Shown here in pieces: positions 43,001 to 55,000 of a DNA stretch of 64,000 nt; the stretch's first letter is position 1, and each line of letters begins with the position of its first letter. A model generated the notes under the pieces. It was not told the origin of the DNA. It worked only from the letters and a program-made list of their open reading frames with translations, and made no database searches. Location: positions 15,212,101-15,276,100 of the forward strand of contig NC_092677.1 in assembly GCF_964355755.1 (NCBI RefSeq), given 5' to 3'. Both the position numbers and the translations under genes were made by a program. This stretch comes from Antedon mediterranea. Lineage: Eukaryota > Animalia > Echinodermata.

Positions 43001-46000
43001 GGTACAAATTGTAATTTTTAATTTTTTTTTTTTAATCTCAAAATCTAAAGTTAAAAAGTAAGGTAAAGGTATTTAATATCTTCCTCAAGCTTAACTGGAA
43101 ACTGATGAAATTCAAATTACTGTAGGTTTCCCATGCCAGCCAGTAGTGCAACGCCTGCCAGATCAGCACACATCTATCTGAACATGGTGAATGTACATGT
43201 ACAGTATATTACTGGTTTTCGAGAACTATTATTAAGCTCACACCAGATGAATGGGTACAGTACCTGAACCTACAGTACCGTACAGTAATAATACTGTAGC
43301 GTGATAAATGTCTGTATTTAAGTTGGATATCTTGATCCATTCTCGTGTACTCAATTACTGTATAAACAATGGATTATATTTTAATTTCAATATCAAGAAC
43401 ATGTCTATACTCTGGTAAAATACAAACATGTTAAGTGTTTGCTTGGCCAAAGTTCCGGAATGCTCACCAACTACCTTCAGATTTCCATCAGTATGTTATT
43501 CAATGCATCCATACATTCACTACTTGATAGAACATACAGTAATAGTCATATGTTACATACCAGTCATGTTAAACTACAAGCCCAGCCAGATGGTACTTTG
43601 TTAGCTTTAGAATTAATCTTCAGAATATTCAATATGAATATTCAATTTATTACTTGATGAATTAACTGACTGATATAAATTATGAATCATATAGAAATAA
43701 CCATGCTACTGTAGATGTTTCATTATTCCAACCACTCCAAAATACTGTAGATTTATAAAGATACTGTTTTGTATAGTAGTTCTAAATTCATGGAATTTAA
43801 GTTAAATCGTCAACTTTGTATGAATTATGACTTATAAGAACATAGATTGAAATATAAGAACATGGAATAGATAGAAAAATAAGAAAGAACATGGAATGGA
43901 TTGAAAAATAAGAACATAGATTGAAAAATAAGAATATGGATTGAAGAATAAGAACATGGATTGAACAATAAGAACATGGATGGATTGAACAATAACAACA
44001 TTGATTGAAATATAAGAACATGGATTGAAGAATAAGAACATACCGTAGATTGAAGAATAAGAACATGGATTAAAAAATAAGAACATGGATTGACAGAAAA
44101 AGAACTTTGATTGAAGAATAAGAATATGGATTGAAGAATAAGAGCATGGATTGAAGAATAAGAGCATGGATTGAAGAATAAGAACATGGATTCAAAAACC
44201 TACATTTATTACGTCGTCTTCCTAGTTCTTAGGTCTTTTTTAAAACACTTTGTTCTACAGTACTTTATCCACTATTAACGTAATTTTAAAAATGATTTTG
44301 CTGATCATATTATTTGATCCTCTTCTTTGACATTTTTTCCTTGAACAAATCATTAGTCCAATATTTTATTTAATACTACAGTATTGCCATCCCCTGTAAG
44401 TAACATCATGTCCCTTTTAATACATAGGCTTCTATTTAATGTCATTGTCAATATTGTATGATCATGGACCTACAGTAGGCTACTGTAAATAGGTCTATGT
44501 ATATTGTTTAGGTGGTTGTTCCTTGTGCACCTCTCTTTGTGTGAGTATGTATTATTAGAATACAAACTACAGTACCTACTGTAAGGTAATCTCTCATTTA
44601 GCCTTTTTGTTGCTTTAAATATCCAGGATGTAGTCTCACATTAATCAATGTGTCATTTTGCTTTAATGTTTAAATCAGTCAGCCTGCATATTTATCCCTA
44701 ATTTATTAATGCTTTTGCTTTAAAATATTCCTGATTATTCTTGTCTAGAATTTTAATATACTCTATACAGTGACAGTATTACTTATTAAAGCAATGTTTT
44801 GACTGTTAAACTTTTTTTATAATGAGTGTATTTTACCCTTGGGAATTTACACTTTTTACATTAGTAGATTTACTCAGCCTAGTTCAAGGTTATAATATAT
44901 CTTGGAATAGACAATAATTGTCATGAGCAGTACTGTAGTTGAATTGAATTGAAAGTTCCTCCTTTGACTCTATTTTTCTTCATATTCTATACTATGTTAC
45001 AAATACTGTGTTAGCTTATAAATGTTTTACTTCTGAAGTTCTGAAAATAAGAGTTGTCTATTGTATGTACTGAATGCTAAATTTCTTATGTTTGATTATT
45101 ATCTCAATAATTTCATTGGTAAGTTACAGCACTCCTTCCTGTGAATACTGCAAATATATTATACTACTGAAGAGATTCTATGTGGAAGTTTGTTTTATTT
45201 TATACAGTAAAAACTTTTCTTTTGTATACTGTATTTCTTATTACTGAATCTGGCCTCAGGTCTCTCATTAGCAACATCATTAGTACTCTACACTACTAAT
45301 TGTTCTCTAAAGCTACAGTGGTGAAATCATTACTATGGGATGGTTACAGTAAAATCTAACCATCCTTATTATTAGGTGTGTGTAAATAATATTTTTACAA
45401 GATGACTATGCAATGATTCATAGTGTACTATACTCAATTTGTATTCTCCATCCTGTTGCAATATCACAATATTATAACTTTTATCAAATGTTATGGCATA
45501 ATTTAATGCCTTTTTTTTCTCGTTTCAACAAATCATTCATGGTTTTCCTCATTTCAACAAATCATTATTTAATTTCTTGGCAGTGATTGATCATAAAACA
45601 AGAATGTTTTCATCAATTTTATGATGGATGTATAGAAAAAAAAATATCGGCTATGATTTATAGTTGTTTATATTTTAGCAATTTGAAAGTTTCTTGTCTT
45701 TTTTAAGATTTTTTTTTAGTTCTGTAAGTTTAAGGGGCCTGCAGTAATCTTAAATCAACTACTACAGTAATATTGAAATTATTCAAATACTGAAATGTTT
45801 ATGAGTTGAATGAGGAGAATATTTGTATGAGTTGACAGTGTTGATTGTTCAATGAGTAGTACAGTAGTACTGTAGGCTACAGGTAGTGTACTGTTAGTAA
45901 ACTTTTATTAAATTTAGTAATCAGAAGATTCTATCATAAATCAAATGCCAAAAACAATTCTATGTTTGGTACTCAGATTTTGTCTGCAGGACCAGAACAC

Positions 46001-49000
46001 TATAGAAGGTGTAGGCCTATAACTCAATATTCAGGCTAGGGAAAATTTTCACCAGTGTAGCCTAGCCAAATGCTACACAATACCGCCTTATTGCTACTGT
46101 ACAATAATCATAATCATTTATCAAATGGTATAGCCTAAAATAAAAATACAAACATATCCAGTTTGCTTAGGAGTTATGGCAAATCAACATTTTTTAATGA
46201 AATTTTTCCCTGCCAGGCATACTGCACGTTGTACAGCAATTGAAATTGCTTTATAAAATGTAATTTGTGGTAATTCCTCTCAATGTTTTTGTTGAATTTG
46301 CTTTTTTTAAACAGCAATGATGGTTTTCTTATATTTTAGTATACATACTAATAGTAGACTGAGATATCTACATGTGCTAAACACAATGCATTACTGTTCT
46401 GACCAATCTCTAAAGAATTTTATCAATGGGTCTGTACAGTACATTACATCATCTCTTTTGTGTCTATCCAACTGGGAAATCTGCAGGACAATGCCATCCT
46501 CTTAAAGAATAAAAGAATAGTCTGATCTCACTTAATGATCAATAATATGTACTGCTATACTGTTGAGTATAGTAAAGTATTTTAGTGATGCCAGATTGGA
46601 AGAATATAGCGAAAAATCAAAGAGAAGAAAAAGCATAATAACAATTATAATGTGTTCTCCCAACTATAATGATACTCTTCATTTGTTCATTATAAAAAAA
46701 TATATTGTAGCATACACTTAAAATTAAAGCTAGATTTGAACTCGTCACTTTGACTTTGAAATAGGTATATTTTTTATGAATTTATGAGCAACCATAACAT
46801 TTCATAAAATTGCGCGTACCTTACGCTGCGCAACTCTAACATATTACAAAGTTTCCTGCACATCTAAAACAGTTTAAAGTCTATCTTCTGACAAAGTTAT
46901 GCGATGCTATGTCCACTAAAATTAGAGGTACATGTGCAACAAAATTCTGGGAAAGAAATCAGAATGAGATAGAAAAAAAAAGATCCTGACAATAACAAAG
47001 GGTTAAAAATAAAAAAAAAGTAATTTCTAATCTTGATTTCAACTTTATTTGAAACATTATTTTGGCGTTTTAATTGATAACTTAGTGAGTTAGTACCTAT
47101 AATCACCACCAATGCATTTATTTAGAGATCTTTTATAGTAAAATGAATTGTTATATTTCAACAGTTTGAATGGTAAGAATGAGTTTTAAGATCAGGGAGT
47201 TGTTAATAGTTAAATATAAAGCTCTGTCTACACTATCAAACTTTATGTGGCAAATAAATTTGATGTGCACATATATTGCATCATGATGTCATAAATACCA
47301 TATTTGGGGATGTCACTAATATATTTGGCACAACACACTTTTTGTAGTTTGATATTGTAGAGTAGACAGAGCTTAATAACAACTCCATGGTAAGATTGAC
47401 AAATTCCAACTAAGAGTTGAAGACTATAGAAAAACATGTAGTATAATTAAGCACTCATTGAAATCCCATTCATAATTTTAAATGTTGACATTATACAACA
47501 GAATATATGACTCAACCACCTTCCACACACCCAGACCTTTTACATGACATAATTAATTGAATGTCATGCTGTTGAAATAATAAATTCCCTTTGTTATGTG
47601 AATAGAATAGCCCATTATGTTGCCATGGAAATTGTACACAGTACATTCATTTGGGAGTTAACCTGGTGACTCATTCTGACTTTGAATCATTGTTAATTGC
47701 TGCCCTCTATATTGTATTCACTAAACATTTTTGAAGTGCGATTTTGATAATTTCTATGCTTTGACGAAGGAGATAATTCTCTATGGTTTGTTGAAAGCTT
47801 TGGTGTATACACACAATGAAATTGATATTCTTTTTACCACGTTTGCAGATTATGCAAACATTTTACAGTAAATTAAGAAAAATAAATGAAAATATTATTA
47901 ATAACATAACAATTTTTATTGAATGATGATTCTGTTTAGAATACTATATTTAGAATATAAAATAATATTAATAAACGGCCTATTTGTGTCATTGATTGAA
48001 ATTTATCGGAACCCTCCTTTAGGACATCCCTATTAAAAGGAACAATTGCCCATGAAATAAACAAGAGCCAATGTGTTTTAATACTGCGGCCGACCCCTTT
48101 TTAAGGAACATCCCAATTTTGTCCCCTTAATAAGTATTCTATTTGTAACAAGATAACATTGCAGGATTGGGTGCATCATTTTATTCACAGGGGACAAATG
48201 ATTTAGAAAAAATCAAACTATTGATTAATCTGATTAATAATTATATGAAAATAATGATGATCGGTATCCCTATTGATTGAATGGACTATCCTAAAATTAT
48301 AATAAAAAAGTAATTTAAGCGAATAAATACTGTATTACATAATTTATATCCCACTTTGTACAAGTCGACAATATATTGAAAGTAATGTTTAGTCATGACA
48401 TTAGCTTTATTGCTAAATGATCAATAATATTATGTCAAAGGTCATCAGATTATTCCATTTTCGTTCATTATCATGTGGTAGATTGAAGTGGCCTCATGCA
48501 TGACTGGTTCCAGAAGATTGAGTTTAGTTTGATTGAGTGTTTTGATAAACATAGTGGTATTGGACTGTCATCTGTTAGTCTGCCATACTTTAGTTTATGG
48601 ATTTTAAATATCATTTTTCGTAACAAACGCATCGCTGAAAATACTCTATATTCCTGATTTTTTCTATAGATGTCATACTTGGATATTTTTACTAATAATA
48701 TAGTATCTTGTCAGCATTTGGATATATCTTTGACTCTTAGTCTTAGTTTTTAAGTTCGCGAGTTCAAACTATTTTTTTGGGCAGTAAGTTTATTACGATT
48801 ATTATGGAACCTTTTTTCTTACGGAAAATCATTTCAGCATTTTGGTTAGTCTTTATTATTTGTCATTCTGAGTGGATTTTAATATTCTGACGCTTCAGTA
48901 GTTTTTCAGCATTCGACCATGGAGGTATCATTACCTCTATGATTGGACCATAATTTATACTGTACTTCACATTTGTCACCCTGTTGTCATTTCTGTTCAG

Positions 49001-52000
49001 AGGACATGTTTTACGTTTTTCCATTTTAAATTGTATTTCTGCCACTGAAAACATTTTGATTTTCAAATTTTAATTGAAGTTAAATTATCTTTTATATAAA
49101 TATCTGACACTCATCAGTAATCATTTTGTTAGAAAAGGTTACTTACTTAGAACACTGGTACAAAAATAATGTATTAATTCACACTTAGTAGTATTAGTGT
49201 TAACATGGAGTAAAGATTCTTTACTCCATGGTGTAACTATCAAACTAATTTGACAAAAAGTGTGATATGCCCAAATATGGTAGTGATATAACATCATCAT
49301 ATCCATATAAGTAAAGCTTGATAGATAGTGTAGACAGAGCTTTAAATTAAACCAGCTGTGATGTACCCTGTACAGTTTGTATCCATATTACTGTATTGTA
49401 TGGTGGACATTATTGTAACTATAGGATAAACATTTACAGTGTTTTACTCTTTGTATATATCAGGTGTCTAAGTTGTATTTTGGTTGTTTCTTTATATAAT
49501 CGTGTCATTTTTAAGTTGCATAATGAATGAAGAGAGCCATTTTAATTAGTCTAAATATGATTTTAAAACCTGGTGTCAACATAGTCAATTTGTAATTAGA
49601 TTTGAATGATACAATTAAGGAATAACATTTCTCACATTTAAATTTTTTTCATTTCCAACAAATTGTTGTCTTATTGTTCCACCTGTGGAAGTATTTACCC
49701 TTTACAACCACCATGGTGTTTTTTCATGTTCCAACTGGGCTTGAAGGTTAAATATTCAAGAGAATTTTACAATTGGCATTAAAAGAACGTTATGAAAATA
49801 ATCCGCTGTAGTGGGCCAAGAGGCGGTCACAGGATTAATGAACCATGTGACAGCTGTAGCAATTGTAACAAAGAAAATAGAAATATACTTTAGGGTTTGT
49901 GAATTAACTTTTATTTTAGTACAAGTGACGAAATTCTACTGTAATACTATATAGATTAGATTAAGTGTAGAGGAATTTATAATTTGTGTATTTCAACAAA
50001 CATCGGTATATATACTGAATCTGAATGTTTGTCTGTGGTATACTTGGTAGACAGCCCACTAAGGCGCAGGATTGGTCATAAGGGTCCATTCCCAACACCA
50101 TTCTGGTGCCATACTTGGTAGACAGCCCACTAAGGCGCAGGATTGGTCATAAGGGTCCATTCCCAACACCATTCTGGTGGTATGCTTGGATGGTAGACAG
50201 CCCACTAAGGCGCAGGATTGGTCATAAGGGTCCATTCCCAACACCATTCTGGTGGTATGCTTGGATGGTAGACAGCCTACTAAGGTGCAGGATTGGTCAT
50301 AAGGGTCCATTCCCAACACCATTCTGGTGGTATGCTTGGATGGTAGACAGCCTACTAAGGCGCAGGATTGGTCATAAGGGTCCATTCCCAACACCATTCT
50401 GGTGGTATGCTTGGATGGTAGACAGCCAACTAAGGATTGGTCATAAGGGTCCATTTCCAACACCATAATTAATTGACAATTTTAGTTGTACATAAAAAAT
50501 AAAAAATAATAAAAAAAATAATATCTTTCTATCACTATCATAGTTATTCTTAGATTTTTTCTAGTAGCAGAGAAGACTGAAATTAATTGCACTCTTGCCT
50601 GTTCCATAGTTTATATACCCACATTGGTCTATAAATTATCAATTTCTATTAATTATCTATATGTTCATTTATTTATCATCATATTACTGATTATTCTGTT
50701 TAAAAATGTAAAACATTTTTTAGTAACTATTATATCAAAAGTCTTTGACCCAGTTATCAGACATCAGGCATTTTTTAACAGGATCCTATCAGTAAAATAC
50801 ATGTGTCTCTATTGGTTACATTTGTAAAGCGCTGACCTTGACTTGCGGTTGTCAATCAGAAATTGTTTGACTGTAACAGTTTGTGTGACTTTCCAGTCAT
50901 AACTTCAGTCAACCAGTAAGTATTACGGAAATATATTCTACACACAGTTTTACTACAGTAGATGTTGGGATTATTTATATAGGAAGTAATTCATTGAATG
51001 GGGATATCTACAGAATTTGGATAGTATATTAATAGCAAGTTTTATTTTGAATTTTTCTGTAAGCCAAGTTTACAGACATGTTCTTCAGGATTATATAGGA
51101 GACGAGGAAATTAATTTACATACAGTAAATTAACAGCACATTTCTATTTTGGACTGTTCATATGCTGTAAGCAAAATCTAAGGAAATGTTTTTAAGATTT
51201 TAGGATTATATAGGAGACGATAGGAAACATGTATTGGATAATTCAGGAACTATTGAGTTTGTATTCACAACCTTTTCAAAATTCAACATCCTTTGCCTAC
51301 CACAAAATGTCTGGGTTTTCTGGAAAGTATGGTTTCATAATGTATTTTTAAATACTTATGGTTTTGACTTCGTCTAAGGTGGGCCATCAACAAGTGCCTT
51401 CTTCCAGAGTCTTCTGTTCTTTTCTAATCAGGTAGAGGTACAGTAGAGCCATTCTAGGTGTAGGTCTCTCTTTGGCAGATTTTCTTAGGTCAGTCTCTAG
51501 TTTTCCAAGGAGTATTTAGTCGACGTATCTTGATTTTACATTTCAAACACAATATTTGGAATTTCTAAAGTCTAGAGAAATACAAATTTATCACTACTCT
51601 CAATTTGCTATTGCAATGGAATGGTCGATAAATAAATTGATCTGTTTATTAAACCATGTGAATATCTCGTTTTAAAGTTACTAACTGTAGCATGTTGATT
51701 GCAATAATAAATATTTATAGAGAAAACGTGGAGACATGGGAATCGACTGCTTTCCTAATGTAAATTCATTAGCAATTTCAAAAGTGCCTTACAGTATTCT
51801 GTAAATCTAACATATAATACTGTACTGTATGTTAAATACTAGTATAAACTAGAATTTTTGTTGTTAAACTTTATATAATAATATCTGGAAAACTGAACTT
51901 TTTGGGTAGCCAAGGGACTGACATGTAATTACTGATTGTATAGAATTTTCAGTAGTCTTTCTTCCATTTTTAGACAATAAAAAATAATTTGGGTGACTCA

Positions 52001-55000
52001 TGCTTTTTGTATAAATTACTGTAGACTGCTTTAGAAAGATCAAACTGACATTAGGTTTGTTTTCAATTACTGTAGATACTGAATGTGCAATGAGCATATT
52101 GACTTAATGTACTGTAGGCCTTTAATAAGGATATTGTGCTGTGAAATGTGTGTGTCTTTTTGTTCAACTCTTATAGCGATCATTGAAATATCATCTCTAG
52201 TGTACTGTAGTCCTCTTAGTCAACACTAAACAAATTGACAAAACACGTTATCTGATGTCATTGTTATCCAATAGATACCAAACTGAATATAGCTTCATAT
52301 CATAATCAACCTCTGACATGTGACAACAGTTTTAACATCTGATAATTTGTAGTTGTTTAGTAAAGTTCACTACAATTGTACAAACACATTTGTACAAAGA
52401 AGTACTTTAGGGTGTTTTATTGACTTGCTACTGTTCGGTGAGGAAAGTATATCTATCTAATTAGGGCTAAATACAGTGTAAGGTCAAATAGCCAAGTGAA
52501 CTTGTTAATTAGCCAACCATTCAGTTCTTATACTCAAACTCAATTTTGTCTTAAAAACTTAATTCATTTGAAATATAATTTATTCAATATTCTTGTTATT
52601 GATCTAGACTACAGAATTATAATAGAAGTCCTTAATCAAAAAGAACTGTTTCATTTACTAATTATTGGACTGTGTAGAGAAGTAAATTAGCTTATCTTTT
52701 AGTTTCAACTCCTACATAATAATAATTTAAATCTATACTATAATCCATTCAATTCTAGTACTCCATATTTGCTTTGAAATCCAAAATCTTACAAAACTGT
52801 GACGTTACATTCGTGTTCAAAACCGGGTTTATTAGAACTGAGAAGATTTAAAAGCGTAATAAAACTTTAAACCTTTAATTTACACTGTACAATCTTTATT
52901 ACACAAGACAAAAATTACTTTGCCTTCAAAAACAATAAATTAAGATTGTGCCTTAATACTGGCATGTTTTGTTGATGATTTTTTGGTATAGAAAGTAATG
53001 CTTATGTATAGTGATAACTTATGCACAATCAATGATAATAAATCCATTAGTAATTTATTGGGAGGTTTTGTTAGGTACTGTACAGTATTTGTAGTAGTGT
53101 CGTGTTCATATGGATTTCAGTAAGCTACTGGATCAGTGAAACTATAAAAGATGTTTATGCTATAATTCTTATAGCCTTCTATATTAGCACTCTAATAATA
53201 ATAAAATCAATAATTGAAGTTCCTAGTACAACTAAGATATATTTATAGAATTTTTAAAGACTAATTCATTATTTTTAATTTAAAATATGTTGTTCATACA
53301 GTAGGAAAGGAAAGTAGAGAATAGTGTAAACGTTTCGGTTGTTATGCTCTGTATTGTCAGTAGATACCACTGGAGTAATGCTAGTTTATTATGTCACCAT
53401 GCAAACTTTTAATAAACATGTTTACATTTATAAAGGTAGCCATAGAGAGGCTCAGCTGTGTGTGAGTGACAATGACATATAGGTCGTTTAATTAATTTAG
53501 TATTGGAGCTAGTGCATAATTACATCCAATTATTAATTACAAAATTATGTTAGCACGTTGGACTTTGTCCTTGCATTTGTTAAATTATGTAAATTAGTCA
53601 GTCTGATCGATACAAACTTGAGTTAAAAATATTAAATTAATTCCACCAACTGTTACTTTGCCCATCTAGTAATAATAATATTAATAATTACTCCAAGTGG
53701 GTTTAAAATATGAGCTACTGTATGGTACAGTTTTGGCATTTCTATTGTTATAATGGAGTTATGTTATGAATTTAGTGTCATAGTTTCCATGGTGACACTA
53801 CAGAACAGTTATAAACTCCTCTGTTTGTCGCATTGATAGAGAAGTAATTGTACAATTAGGATCAGTATTTCAACATTTATAAAGTCATCGTCATTGTGTT
53901 AAATGAATAGCAAAAGCACTTACGTGTTATACATACAGTATTTATGTTTTTGTAAACTTTTCTGTAAATGCCATAGAAGATTATTTAGCTCGGGTATTTT
54001 TTTGTTGGTTTAGGCATAGTGGGTTGCAGTATAGATTATAGTGTCGCTTGATTGCTTTGACTCCAGGATCTTCCTACTGTAAGTTGTTGTAATTTGTTAA
54101 TAGTAATTTCATAGTTTAGATTTTAGTGTACTAGAAACTTTACAGTAGTTCATTTCATTTCATTTCATAATAACATTTATTTCCTTCATAATATACAAAA
54201 TAAATAATATAATACACAAAATTCATGACGAGAAGAAAGATAGTTAAAACAATACAATTTTTTTTTTCTCATCTTTAACATGAATAAAACAATATTATGA
54301 AGGAGGCACAATTTCTAAAAAGTTGATTTCTTTCAATGATAATAAATGATTGTCTACGATGAGTGTTATTGTTTCTAAAGCTCTGTCTACACTATCAAAC
54401 TTTGTGACAAAAAATATTCCCATATATGGACATGATGATGTCATACCACTTCCATATTTAGGCACACCACTTCCATATTTAGGCACATCATACCTTTTTT
54501 GTCAAACTAGCTTTATAGTTTAAATAGAAGGTTTTGATTGTAAGAGTTTGCTTTCTAGAACTTCCCTCTTGAATGAACTATGGGGAATCAATTTCCTCCA
54601 TAATTTAACAAACATTATACTTTAGCACCCTAGGATCTAACAATTCAAACAGTAAGGTAGGCCTACTAACACTACAGGTTGGTAATTAGTTACCATTAAA
54701 AACCAATCATTTAATCAGTCTCTTCCTGCTTAAGATTTTACTGTTAAACTCCAAAATGGAAACCATACCATCACTGCATGAGGTTTCAATTGATTCCTTG
54801 TTGAAAATAGAATTTCTGAACATGTGTATGCATTTAGCAACGATTTCTATTTAAATTTAGTTTTACTTTCATTATTTTGTTTTGATAACATGTTATTAGG
54901 GAGTACTTGCTGCTTCATATGAAAGTTGTTAGTTAACAGTAGGTTTTTTGTACTATGGAGGGTATACAGTAAAGTTCAATGACCTATGGTACCCTTATGT

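Noticed and set aside
43797-44187. Three overlapping hydrophobic ORFs
   Set aside because: They are translations of a ~20-bp minisatellite.
50035-50468. CRISPR array or repeat protein (ORFs 50059-50466 and 50106-50468)
   Set aside because: The context is a eukaryotic intron and there are no unique spacers. The ORFs are open only because the 75-bp unit is a multiple of 3.
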